Positions 26,065-36,205 of a stretch of DNA of 64,000 bases are shown here, in pieces. Within the stretch, counting starts at the first letter, position 1, and the number at the start of each line of letters is the position of its first letter. The notes beneath the pieces are model-generated. The model was not told the origin of the DNA. It did not search any database and saw nothing but the letters and a program-made list of their open reading frames with translations. Source of the DNA: Bacteroidales bacterium (GTDB taxonomy: Bacteria > Bacteroidota > Bacteroidia > Bacteroidales > UBA932). Where the stretch lies: NCBI GenBank assembly GCA_041441455.1, contig JASDTB010000056.1, positions 2,767 to 66,766 on the forward strand, written 5' to 3'. The translations under genes were made by a program, and so were the position numbers.

Positions 26065-28893
26065 GTGAAAAAATTGCTTGTCCTTTTGTTATTATCGCTT
26101 TTGATAATACCTGTCTCTTTTGCTCAGGGGCAAAAGAAGTACACTTTAGAGGGAAAAGTAACCCTCTCGGGCACAGAAGAACCTATCCCTTATGCTAATG
26201 TGTTGATCAAAGAACTTAATCTTTGGGCCTTCACAAACGCTGATGGTTCTTTCAAGATTGTAGGAATTTTACCTGGAACCTACAACCTCGAGGCCTCATC
26301 GCTTGGATATCAGAAGACTGTATTCCAAGTGAAAATAATTAAAGATGTAGCGTCGTTCCGCATTCAACTCAAGGAGGATAACCTTACCCTCGATGACGTT
26401 GTTGTGACAGCAAAAGCTGGGGCCACAATGAATTCTTCTTCCAGAGTTGACAAACAGGCAATTCAGCACCTTCAGGCATCAAGTCTTGCCGACGTAATGC
26501 AGCTTGTTCCAGGATCCGTTATTAAAAATCCAGACTTGACATCTGCAAATGTTATTACTATTAGGTCAATTGATGCTAATGGATACAATGCAAGAGGTGT
26601 AGGTCTCTTAGTGAATGGATCAAAGATATCTGATGATGCTAAGCTTAGCTCGAATGACCCGCTTGACTTTCGAAAATTATCTACAGATAATATTGAATCT
26701 GTTGAGGTATTAAAAGGGATTGTATCTGCAGAGTATGGTGATATAACTTCTGGAGCAATTCTAGTTACTACAAAGGCAGGTAGAACTCCTTATGAAATAC
26801 GTATTAAAACAGATCCCAAAACCAAAGCCTTTTCTTTTGGAAAGGGTTTCTCGTTAGGAGATAATAAAGGAAACTTAAATGTTGACTTAGATTATGCAAG
26901 AGCATTTAAAAATTGGATATCTCCTGTAGAAATTTTTAATAGAACGACTTTAGGACTAACTTATTCTAACACATTTATGAATAAATCAACACCTCTTCGT
27001 TTTAATGTGAGATTAAGTGGCTACATGACTGGAAATAGTGTTACAAGCGATCCTGATGTTTCAAAAGAAGATTTTACAAAAAATAGAGAAAGAAATCTCT
27101 CACTATCTATTTATGGAAGTTGGATGTTAAATAAATCATGGATTTCATCACTTAATTATAATGTTTCTGGTGGCTATACTAATAGAACTAATCAAAAATA
27201 TGAAGTTACAAATCAACCTCCACTACCTACAACAAATATTTTAACTCCGGGGTTAAACTTGGGTTATTTTACGAATGTTCTTGATAGAAGAGATCAACGA
27301 ATAGAAGACATCCCTCTGTATTTCAATGCTAAATTATCTGGTAATTTAAATAAAAGTATTAAAAAGGTTTTATTTAAAACAACAGTAGGTGCAGAATTTA
27401 ATACAAAAGGAAATAAAGGTAGAGGAGAATATTATGAGGGCCAAGCTAGACCTCAGTTTTTCAGGGAAAGACACTTTAGTGATGTTCCCTTTATGAGCGA
27501 TTTCAGTGTATTCGCCGAAGAAAAAATCAACATTCCAATTTACAAAACTTCATTAGAGATAATTGCTGGAGTAAGAGCAAATCAAATGATTATTAAAGGT
27601 TATAGCTATGATCCTACAATCGATCCTCGATTTAACATTAAATATAACTTTTTACAAAACAAAAGGACAGGAACATTTAGAGCTCTTTCTATCAGAGGTG
27701 GTTGGGGGATTATGCAAAAACTTCCTACAATAGGATATTTATATCCAGCACCAGATTACAATGATAGGACAATTTTTCAGTACCGAAATACTGCTACTAA
27801 TGAGGAATTAGTCTTAATTAATACATCGTTGATAGATGGACTCCTTCCTTATAATCTAAAGCCAGAAAAAACTACTAAATATGAGATAGGTCTAGATTTT
27901 AATATTTCTGGAATTGAAGGAAATATAACTTATTTCAATGAAAGTTTAAAAAATGGAATAAGTGAAAATTATCAATATAGTAGTAAAAGTTTCGACTATT
28001 ACTCAACAATAACAGATCCAAATGCTGCACCAAAGTTCGAAAACGGAAAAATTTGGATTAAAGATGGTTCTGGTAATTATATTCAACATACATACACAAC
28101 TAATACTGAGTTCTTAAAATACAAAAGACCAGATAATAGAGGAGCTGTTGAAAAATGGGGAATAGAATACGACATCAATTTTGGAAAGATTAAGAGTTTG
28201 AATACATCAATAATTGTTTCTGGAGCATATTTAAGAAGTAAAAATTATAATTCAGGAATTGAATATAACTACTCTGATGTTCAAGATCCAATTGTTCCAC
28301 AGCAAAAATTTCCATATGTAGCATTGTATTCTGGAGAAGCATTATTGTCAATTGGCGATAACAGAGATCGTTTAAATACTAATTTAAATTTCATTACAAA
28401 TATTCCATCTATAAGAATGGTTGTAACATTAACAGCTCAGTGTGTATGGATGAACCGTACATGGAATGAGTATGATGATGGTAAAATTTATGCGCAAGAC
28501 TCTAATGGTAATCCGATTTATGGAGATTATAATAACATATCTAATGATAAGGTTTTATATAGAGATCCTGTAGCTTATATGGACTTTAATGGTGTAGTAC
28601 GTCCGTTTAGTGATTATTGGACAACGTCTGATAATAATTTAAAGCGTAGATTAGCTTCTTTAAGGATGGCAACTAACAGAACTACATATTTTCTTAAATC
28701 AGGATATGACCCATATTTCATGGCAAATATAAGAGTGACGAAAGAGTTAGGTAAATTAGCGTCGCTCTCGTTTTATGCAAATAATTTTACAAATTCTACA
28801 CCGATTATGAAAAACCAGTCTAACCCGAATGGAGTTGGATCTCGAGTAAACACTGATATTTATTTCGGAGCAGAGTTAAAACTAACATTCTAA
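26065..28893 (+). CDS. TonB-dependent receptor (non-SusC context), triad copy 1
   Basis: GTG start, signal peptide, CarboxypepD_reg-like domain, plug (STDNIESVEVLKGIVSAEYGDITSGAI), long barrel ending in F. Confidence 0.85.
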   Translation: MKKLLVLLLLSLLIIPVSFAQGQKKYTLEGKVTLSGTEEPIPYANVLIKELNLWAFTNADGSFKIVGILPGTYNLEASSLGYQKTVFQVKIIKDVASFRIQLKEDNLTLDDVVVTAKAGATMNSSSRVDKQAIQHLQASSLADVMQLVPGSVIKNPDLTSANVITIRSIDANGYNARGVGLLVNGSKISDDAKLSSNDPLDFRKLSTDNIESVEVLKGIVSAEYGDITSGAILVTTKAGRTPYEIRIKTDPKTKAFSFGKGFSLGDNKGNLNVDLDYARAFKNWISPVEIFNRTTLGLTYSNTFMNKSTPLRFNVRLSGYMTGNSVTSDPDVSKEDFTKNRERNLSLSIYGSWMLNKSWISSLNYNVSGGYTNRTNQKYEVTNQPPLPTTNILTPGLNLGYFTNVLDRRDQRIEDIPLYFNAKLSGNLNKSIKKVLFKTTVGAEFNTKGNKGRGEYYEGQARPQFFRERHFSDVPFMSDFSVFAEEKINIPIYKTSLEIIAGVRANQMIIKGYSYDPTIDPRFNIKYNFLQNKRTGTFRALSIRGGWGIMQKLPTIGYLYPAPDYNDRTIFQYRNTATNEELVLINTSLIDGLLPYNLKPEKTTKYEIGLDFNISGIEGNITYFNESLKNGISENYQYSSKSFDYYSTITDPNAAPKFENGKIWIKDGSGNYIQHTYTTNTEFLKYKRPDNRGAVEKWGIEYDINFGKIKSLNTSIIVSGAYLRSKNYNSGIEYNYSDVQDPIVPQQKFPYVALYSGEALLSIGDNRDRLNTNLNFITNIPSIRMVVTLTAQCVWMNRTWNEYDDGKIYAQDSNGNPIYGDYNNISNDKVLYRDPVAYMDFNGVVRPFSDYWTTSDNNLKRRLASLRMATNRTTYFLKSGYDPYFMANIRVTKELGKLASLSFYANNFTNSTPIMKNQSNPNGVGSRVNTDIYFGAELKLTF

Positions 28894-28904
28894 AAAGAAT
28901 AGAG

Positions 28905-30143
28905 ATGAAAAAAATATACTATGTATTTATTCTGATCGCGCTTTTATCGGTAAGTGCCTGTATGAAAAGCGTCAAAGAGGATCAGTTTGCCGATGACTCT
29001 CTGTCTTCTGTACTGAAGATTACTGTTAAGATGCCACTAGGGTTTGATTATACAACACAAGGGCTAACAGTTTCTCTTTCTGATCCATCTTCGGGTTTGA
29101 AGTTTAGTGGTGTCACTGACAATGCAGGTGTGGCAACGATTAGAGTTGCGCATGGAACTTATATTGCAACAACGCAAGTTAGCCATAGTGAATCTGGGGG
29201 AGTTATCTATATATTTAATGGAACAACCGAACAAATAAGAGCAACACCAAAAGATCCAGCTTTGATAAACTCTAATCTGAATCTGAATGTGTCAAAAGCT
29301 GGCCAAATAATTATTAAGGAATTCTACTATGGTGGATGTTTTGATGTTGCTACAAATAAATCTTATGCTAAGGATCAATATTTTATTTTATATAATAATA
29401 CTGGTGAGACGGCTTATTTAGACTCATTATGTGTAGGAGTAATTGATCCATTTAATGCTCCAACTAACGGAGCAACTTCTGCTTGGGTAAAACCGGGCAC
29501 TACAGAATTACGTGACTCTTTACCTGCGACTAGTATGGGATGGATGTTTCCTGGTAGAGGTAAAGATTATCCCCTATTGCCTGGAGGAGAGGTTGTAATT
29601 TCTTTAAATGCAATTAATCATAAAGCAACTGTCTCTTCATCTGTAGATTTAGGGAAGGCTGGTTATTGGGCTTTATTTGATCCAATTCTCACAAAGGCTC
29701 AAGCCGTTCCAAACGCTGGAGTCAATTTACTTAAAGGGTATTGGAAAGTTGGTACTGCTACATCTTATGTAATGTCTATAGTTAGTCCAGCACTATTTAT
29801 ATACTCACTAGGAGGAAAAACAACTGATCAATTTGTGCAATCAACATATACTTGGCATCCAAAACAACTAACTAATAGAAATTTTGACTGCTTAATGGTT
29901 GATAAAAATCTTGTATTGGATGGAGTTGAGTGCTTTAAAAACATTACTGACACAAAAAGAATTAGGCCTGAAGTTGATAATGGATTTGCCATAACTGATG
30001 GCTCGGGACAAGGTCAGAGTATTCATAGGAAAGTCGATCCAGTCGCAACTGCTGCTGCAGGAGGAAGGATCGTTTATATGGATACAAATAACTCTTCTGT
30101 GGATTTTGAGAAGAGAGCCAAAGCCTCATTGACTAACAACTAA
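28905..30143 (+). CDS. DUF4876-like lipoprotein, triad copy 1
   Basis: Lipobox LSVSAC, an Ig/transthyretin-like N-domain, then an LTD-like region (IIIKEFYYGG...DQYFILYNNTGE...DTNNSSVDF). Paralog of 56706-57935. Confidence 0.6.
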   Translation: MKKIYYVFILIALLSVSACMKSVKEDQFADDSLSSVLKITVKMPLGFDYTTQGLTVSLSDPSSGLKFSGVTDNAGVATIRVAHGTYIATTQVSHSESGGVIYIFNGTTEQIRATPKDPALINSNLNLNVSKAGQIIIKEFYYGGCFDVATNKSYAKDQYFILYNNTGETAYLDSLCVGVIDPFNAPTNGATSAWVKPGTTELRDSLPATSMGWMFPGRGKDYPLLPGGEVVISLNAINHKATVSSSVDLGKAGYWALFDPILTKAQAVPNAGVNLLKGYWKVGTATSYVMSIVSPALFIYSLGGKTTDQFVQSTYTWHPKQLTNRNFDCLMVDKNLVLDGVECFKNITDTKRIRPEVDNGFAITDGSGQGQSIHRKVDPVATAAAGGRIVYMDTNNSSVDFEKRAKASLTNN

Positions 30144-31765
30144 TGACAACAAAGATGAAAAACAAGACACTATATATAGCAGGAATATTGGCTTTGAGTC
30201 TTCAAATAAGTACACTCAGAGCTCAGGAAGTTGCTGATAAAAGTTTCTACTCTTTCGAAAGAATTGAGTTAAAGACTCCTTGGCTTACTTCGGAAAATGG
30301 TGCAGGCCTTGTGTTTAACAAGGTTAAGGACTTCTCTACAGTTGGTGGATACTTTTCAAACCAAAGCGGAGATTATACAAATTATAATGACCCGCAAGTA
30401 TATGAATCGTTTGGTCTTTCTACGAAGTCGTATATGAAGGTTAAAAAGTTCTATTTTTATGGTAGTTTCGGATATGATTATGGAGTTAGACAAAATCAAT
30501 CTTGGCTAGGAACTATTTATCCTAATACAGCACTTAATCCTATTTGCGATTCTGTGCCAGGTAAAGTACTTAGAGAGGACTATTTTTTAGCAGCTAAGAT
30601 TGGCTACAAGGTTAATGATAAGTATTCTTTGGGAGTAGCGTTTGATTATCATACAGCAACAGGGGCCAAAAGAAAAGATGGACGAAATAGTAATGTGTTT
30701 TCTGATTTCTCTGTACGCCCAGGTGTAACATTTAATTCAAAATACCTAACACTTGGTTTAAATGCGAATTATAGCCACTCGGTTGAGAGAGTTGAATACA
30801 AATACTTAGGCGATGTAACTGGTAAAAGTCTCTATTATTTTGAACCCTTCTTTTTCTATACAGAGTCTGGTATTAACTCGTCTTCAACTTACAAGAGAGG
30901 CTACTTTTCCGATATCTTTGGTGGTGCTTTACAAGTAGAGCTGAAGCTAGGGAAACTAGCTTTTTATAACCAATTGCAAGTTAACTATACTAGGGAAAAT
31001 GATTTTGAAGATAATAATTTATTAAAGAGGTATGCCACTATTGACGGCTTAAAATATAAGTATAATGGAGTTGCTAAGTATTCTACTAAGTTTGTTGATC
31101 ATATAGTAAACTTAAGATTCATTAGTGATGAGACTTTTTCGTATAATGTAATAAATAATTATGAAAGAGTACCTGGGGAAAACAATGTGTGGGCATATTT
31201 CGAATACGGTAAAGATTTGAGATATATTCAAACATCAAAGAATTATGGTGCAGAATACAACGCATATCTTAAAAAGAGCGAATGGTTAATAGATTGGACA
31301 TTTTCAGCAGGATTCAATTATTTTGAGATCGACAAACAATATAAAGTATACCCTGCAAAATACGAACAAAATTACAATTTGTCTGAAGTGTACGGGTCAG
31401 TTGCCAAAAGTGTAATGACCAGCGATTTGTCTAAATTGGATTTATCTGTTGGATATGGATATACATTTGGAAAAGGTGATATGTTAAAGACTCAGAACCC
31501 TTTAACAACTGGAGCCTTAAAACAAAATGAAAAGCTATTATATGCAGATTTTATGTACAACACTGCCAACAAATATAGATTCTCATTTGCTTCAAAATTC
31601 ACATATGCTGTAGAACCGAAATCGGGTAAATCAGTTTACGCCGCATTTAAAGCTACTCATATACAATTACCTCAAGCACCAATACGTGACGGAATTATTT
31701 TTAGTCAATATTCTGGAGGAGCTAACAGAGGTTATTATGAATTCTCTTTTGGATTCAACTTCTAA
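30143..31765 (+). CDS. Second outer-membrane beta-barrel protein (DUF6850-like), triad copy 1
   Basis: Signal peptide, alternating Tyr/Gly/Asn-rich strands, C-terminal FSFGFNF. Its start overlaps the upstream stop (TAATG). Paralog of 57957-59516. Confidence 0.6.
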   Translation: MTTKMKNKTLYIAGILALSLQISTLRAQEVADKSFYSFERIELKTPWLTSENGAGLVFNKVKDFSTVGGYFSNQSGDYTNYNDPQVYESFGLSTKSYMKVKKFYFYGSFGYDYGVRQNQSWLGTIYPNTALNPICDSVPGKVLREDYFLAAKIGYKVNDKYSLGVAFDYHTATGAKRKDGRNSNVFSDFSVRPGVTFNSKYLTLGLNANYSHSVERVEYKYLGDVTGKSLYYFEPFFFYTESGINSSSTYKRGYFSDIFGGALQVELKLGKLAFYNQLQVNYTRENDFEDNNLLKRYATIDGLKYKYNGVAKYSTKFVDHIVNLRFISDETFSYNVINNYERVPGENNVWAYFEYGKDLRYIQTSKNYGAEYNAYLKKSEWLIDWTFSAGFNYFEIDKQYKVYPAKYEQNYNLSEVYGSVAKSVMTSDLSKLDLSVGYGYTFGKGDMLKTQNPLTTGALKQNEKLLYADFMYNTANKYRFSFASKFTYAVEPKSGKSVYAAFKATHIQLPQAPIRDGIIFSQYSGGANRGYYEFSFGFNF

Positions 31766-31784
31766 CAAACAATCATATCTTATA

Positions 31785-31819
31785 GAGTTGCCGATGAAAA
31801 TCGGCAGCTCTTTTATTTT
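31785..31819 (+). terminator. Rho-independent terminator after the second-barrel gene of triad 1
   Basis: 10-bp stem GAGTTGCCGA/TCGGCAGCTC (one G-U pair), loop TGAAAA, then TTTTATTTT. It ends 18 nt before the S46 ATG. Confidence 0.7.
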
Positions 31820-31836
31820 CCCTAATAAAAACCGAC

Positions 31837-34017
31837 ATGTTAAAAAAATCAATCGCAACTATCGCACTTCTCACGATTGTTGCTTTCAAAACTTATGCAG
31901 ATGAGGGAATGTGGCTGGTCAATTTACTTGACAAACAGCTTTATGCTCAAATGAAGGCCAAAGGACTGAAATTGTCTGCAAATGAGATATATAACGACAA
32001 AGGTGGAGCGATTTCCGATGCCATAGTAGCTATTGACGGCGGAAGCTGCAGTGGAAGCATCATCTCAGCGGAGGGTCTAATGATTACGAACCACCACTGT
32101 GCATATGGAGATGTTCATAAGCTAAGTACTAAAGATAAAAACTACCTCGAAGATGGTTTTTGGGCAATGACTCGCGACCAAGAGGTTCCAATCAAAGGTA
32201 AACAAGTTACATTTCTAAGAAGAGTAATTGATGTTACCGATGAGACAAACAGAGTAATCGATAGCTTGGATAAGGCTGGACCTCGTGGACTATTCTTTAT
32301 GAACAAAGTCTCAGGTGTGTTTGAAAAAAGATATAGCAATCAACCATACGAAGTTGCATTAATGTCTATGTGGAGAGGTAGTAAATACTACTTGTACTTC
32401 TATGAAACATACAAAGATATTCGCCTTGTTGGAGCACCTCCTGTCTCTATCGGAGCATTTGGAGGCGAAACCGACAACTGGGGCTGGCCTCAGCACAAAG
32501 GAGACTTTGCAATGTATAGAGTCTATGCAAACAAAGAGGGAAAACCAGCAGAATATTCTAAAGATAATGTTCCATTGAAAGCAGCAAAATACCTTACTGT
32601 CTCGTCTAAAGGAGTAAACAAAGATGATTTTACAATGGTACTTGGATATCCAGGATCGACAAATCGTTACACATCTTCTTTTGAACTAAAGGAGAAGTAC
32701 GAGATCCTCAATCCAGTAATCAGTGGAATCAGGAGAGCTAAACTCGAAGTCTGGAAAAAATATATGGATGCAAGTCCTGCAGTAAGATTAAAATATGCCG
32801 ATAAATACTTCGGAATCAGTAATTATACCGACTATGCTAAGTGGGAAAATATCTGCATTGGAAGATATAAAATCATTTCACAGATAGAAAAGAGAGAGAA
32901 GGAACTTCAGGCATGGATTGCAGCCAATCCAGAGAGAGTAGCAAAATATGGGAAGGTGATTGAAAATCTGAAAAACGGATACGCATCAAAAGCGGAGATT
33001 ACAAGAATCAAAGAGAATTTCAGAGAGTCAATGGTGAGAGGTGCAGAATTTGTCGCAATTGCGTCTAGGATGAACTCAATGGCGAGCTCTCTTAAAAAAG
33101 CTGGAAAGACAAAATTCTCAATGGAAGACAAATCTGTTGCTGAATATGTCAATAAATTTGCAGCGAAACAATATGATGAGTCCGACATTAAGGCAGACAG
33201 AGAGCTATTTAAAGTTATGCTTGGCTATTATTTGAAAAACGTACCATCATCATTTTATGATAAAGAGTTTAAAAAGATGGCAGAAGGTCTTGGCAACGAT
33301 CCAATTAAAATTGCCGACTATGTTTACGACAACAGTATTATCACAGACTCGGTTCGTCTTAGAAATTTTTTCAATTCAGAGAGAACAATCGAAGAGCTAC
33401 TTGCAGATCCAGTAATTACAGTTGTTAAAACAACAGGAATCATTCCATACAACAAAGTGGAAGATAGAATTTTAGACAGCGTAAATGTCTCTTTAGGAAA
33501 AGAGAAAACTCTCTATACAAAAGCACTGTACGAAATGTATCAAGAGAAGGGTAAAGCGATCTCTCCTGACGCTAACTCAACAATGAGAGTGACTTTTGGA
33601 GAAGTTGGCCCAATTGAACCTGCTGACGGAATCTACTACCACTATCAAACAACAACAAAAGGGATAGAAGAGAAATATGATCCAAAGAATTATGAGTTCA
33701 ATCTTAAACCAGAGATGCAGAAAAAATTAGAGACATCAGATTGGGGCAGATGGGGCAAAAATGGTAAATTATATGTAAATTTCCTCGCAGATATGGATAT
33801 AACTGGAGGTAACTCCGGAAGCGCAGTGCTAAATGGAAGTGGAGAGTTGATAGGATTAGCATTTGATGGAAACAGAGAGTCGATGAGCGGAGATGTCTTC
33901 TTTAAGGAGGGCTATTGCAAATCGGTGTGTGTTGACATCAGATATGTTATGTGGGTTATCGAAAAATATGCAGGAGCAAGTAATATTATCAAGGAATTAA
34001 AAATCAACGATAAATAA
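31837..34017 (+). CDS. S46-family dipeptidyl-peptidase (DPP7-like)
   Basis: Signal peptide then ADEGMWL, catalytic His in ITNHHCAYGD, catalytic Ser in TGGNSGSAV; 726 aa. Confidence 0.9.
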   Translation: MLKKSIATIALLTIVAFKTYADEGMWLVNLLDKQLYAQMKAKGLKLSANEIYNDKGGAISDAIVAIDGGSCSGSIISAEGLMITNHHCAYGDVHKLSTKDKNYLEDGFWAMTRDQEVPIKGKQVTFLRRVIDVTDETNRVIDSLDKAGPRGLFFMNKVSGVFEKRYSNQPYEVALMSMWRGSKYYLYFYETYKDIRLVGAPPVSIGAFGGETDNWGWPQHKGDFAMYRVYANKEGKPAEYSKDNVPLKAAKYLTVSSKGVNKDDFTMVLGYPGSTNRYTSSFELKEKYEILNPVISGIRRAKLEVWKKYMDASPAVRLKYADKYFGISNYTDYAKWENICIGRYKIISQIEKREKELQAWIAANPERVAKYGKVIENLKNGYASKAEITRIKENFRESMVRGAEFVAIASRMNSMASSLKKAGKTKFSMEDKSVAEYVNKFAAKQYDESDIKADRELFKVMLGYYLKNVPSSFYDKEFKKMAEGLGNDPIKIADYVYDNSIITDSVRLRNFFNSERTIEELLADPVITVVKTTGIIPYNKVEDRILDSVNVSLGKEKTLYTKALYEMYQEKGKAISPDANSTMRVTFGEVGPIEPADGIYYHYQTTTKGIEEKYDPKNYEFNLKPEMQKKLETSDWGRWGKNGKLYVNFLADMDITGGNSGSAVLNGSGELIGLAFDGNRESMSGDVFFKEGYCKSVCVDIRYVMWVIEKYAGASNIIKELKINDK

Positions 34018-34019
34018 TT

Positions 34020-36197
34020 ATGCTAAAAAAATTGACAATTGCCCTTGTGGCATTAACCATACTGTTTCCCTCTTTTTCAAGAGCGGACGAAGGTATGTGG
34101 CTTGTGAATATGTTCGAGAAGAGCATTTACCCTCAAATGGTAAAAAAAGGTCTTAAATTGACTTCGAAAGAGATTTATAATGAAGAGAATGACGCTGCGC
34201 TTAGCAACGCAATTGTCTCATTAGATTTTGGTTGTACTGGCAGTATGATCTCCGATAAGGGACTAATGATTACAAATCACCACTGTGCCTATGGTGACAT
34301 ACATGCACTTAGTACTCCAGAAAAGAACTATCTCGAAGATGGTTTCTGGGCAATGAACCAATCAGAGGAGAAGCCAATACCTGGTAAAAATGTACTTTTC
34401 CTTAGAAAGGTGATTGATGTAACCGACGAAGTAAAAGCAGATGTAGCAGAACTACAAAAGCAAGGATTCAAAGGCGCAATCATGAGAAGAGTATTCAAAC
34501 ATATTGAGATGCGCTATAAGGAGAAGAATAATCTCGAAGCAATGTGTGCATCAATGTGGAGCTCTACTAAATTCTATATGTTTTTGTACGAAGTATATTC
34601 AGACGTTCGTTTAGTTGGAGCACCTCCAGTTTCAATCGGAGCATTCGGTGGTGAGACAGACAACTGGGGATGGCCACAACATAAAGGTGATTTTGCAATT
34701 TATAGAGTTTATGCCGACAAAGATGGCAAACCAGCAAAATATTCTGCAGAGAATAAACCATTGATGCCTAAGAGAGTATTGAACATCTCAACAAAAGGTG
34801 TTAAAGAGAATGATTACTCAATGATTCTTGGATACCCTGGAAAGATCAATCGCTATGTATCATCATTTGAGGTGAAAGAGAAACAAGAGATTTTGAATCC
34901 AATTGTTGTAGAGATCAGAAGAGCAAAACTTGATGTTTGGAAGAAACATATGGATGCCAATCCTACTGTAAGACTTAAATATTCTGATAAATATTTCGGA
35001 ATCAGCAACTATACCGACTATGCAAAATGGGAGAACAAATGCTTTATCAGATACGATGTTATAAGTATTAGAGAACAAGAGGAGAGAGAGCTTGCTAAAT
35101 GGATTGAGTCAGATCCAAAGGCTAAGGAAAAATATGGCGACCTGCTTGCTAAGTTAGAAAAAGGATTTGCAGCAAGAGCTGAACTGATAAAACAAAAGGC
35201 TTACTTCAGAGAGTCATTTGTTTCAATTTCGGAAGTTGTGCAATCTGCTAAGAGATTTGGAAATGTAACTCGTGACATGGAGAAGGGTGGAATCGAGAAG
35301 ATTTCTGCTAATGATCAGATGTTTAAAACAGAGTATGCAGCAATTCAAAGATCACTTTATGATGTTTATGATTTAGCGACAGATAGAGATCTATTCCGCC
35401 AACAATTAGCGTTCTTTATCAAATATGTTAAACCAGAATATTATGGTGGAGCACTTGCTAAATGGGTTAAAGAGTACAACGGAGATGCAGGCAGAATTGC
35501 AGACTATATCTATGACAACTCAATCTTTACTCAAAAAGATAAACTTTACAAATACTTTGAAACACCAAGATCGAAAGAGGAGATATTGTCTGATCCAGCA
35601 ATTTTATTGGCAGAGTCTTGCTCTATCCAAACATTCAATGAGATAACCAATAAAATGATCACTCAGCTTGGATTCGATACTGAGGCTTTAACTTCACAAT
35701 ACACTAGAGCTCTTTATCAAATGAGAGAGTCAAAAGGTCTTCCACAATACCCAGATGCAAACTCAACTATGCGTATTACATACGGAACAGTAGGTGGCAT
35801 CCAACCCGCTGATGGTATTACTTATGGCTATAGAACAACTATTAAGGGTTACCTTGAGAAAAAAGATCAGACTAATTACGAGTTCAACGTAAAACCTAAG
35901 CTAGAGGCGATAATTAAAGCTAAAGACTGGGGAAGATGGGGCGAAAACGGTCAGCTTTATGTAAACTTCTTAACCAATAATGACATTACAGGAGGCAATT
36001 CAGGAAGTCCAGTAATCAATGGAAAAGGCGAATTAATTGGACTTGCTTTCGATGGAAACAGAGAGTCGATGAGTGGTGATGCATACTTCCATCCTGAATA
36101 TTTCAAAACCGTTTGTGTAGATATCAGATTTGTCCTTTGGGTAGTCGATAAATATGCAGGAGCGGGTTATCTAATTAACGAAATGAAACTTAAGTAA
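34020..36197 (+). CDS. S46-family dipeptidyl-peptidase (DPP7-like), tandem paralog
   Basis: ADEGMWL, ITNHHCAYGD, TGGNSGSPV; 725 aa. Starts 3 nt after the previous stop. Confidence 0.9.
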   Translation: MLKKLTIALVALTILFPSFSRADEGMWLVNMFEKSIYPQMVKKGLKLTSKEIYNEENDAALSNAIVSLDFGCTGSMISDKGLMITNHHCAYGDIHALSTPEKNYLEDGFWAMNQSEEKPIPGKNVLFLRKVIDVTDEVKADVAELQKQGFKGAIMRRVFKHIEMRYKEKNNLEAMCASMWSSTKFYMFLYEVYSDVRLVGAPPVSIGAFGGETDNWGWPQHKGDFAIYRVYADKDGKPAKYSAENKPLMPKRVLNISTKGVKENDYSMILGYPGKINRYVSSFEVKEKQEILNPIVVEIRRAKLDVWKKHMDANPTVRLKYSDKYFGISNYTDYAKWENKCFIRYDVISIREQEERELAKWIESDPKAKEKYGDLLAKLEKGFAARAELIKQKAYFRESFVSISEVVQSAKRFGNVTRDMEKGGIEKISANDQMFKTEYAAIQRSLYDVYDLATDRDLFRQQLAFFIKYVKPEYYGGALAKWVKEYNGDAGRIADYIYDNSIFTQKDKLYKYFETPRSKEEILSDPAILLAESCSIQTFNEITNKMITQLGFDTEALTSQYTRALYQMRESKGLPQYPDANSTMRITYGTVGGIQPADGITYGYRTTIKGYLEKKDQTNYEFNVKPKLEAIIKAKDWGRWGENGQLYVNFLTNNDITGGNSGSPVINGKGELIGLAFDGNRESMSGDAYFHPEYFKTVCVDIRFVLWVVDKYAGAGYLINEMKLK

Positions 36198-36205
36198 AAA
36201 CATAG

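Noticed and set aside
26065-30143. I considered whether the receptor plus downstream lipoprotein is a SusC/SusD polysaccharide utilisation locus.
   Set aside because: The lipoproteins are about 410 aa, beta-rich and LTD-like rather than helical TPR-like SusD. No glycoside hydrolases are adjacent, and the neighbours are peptidases.
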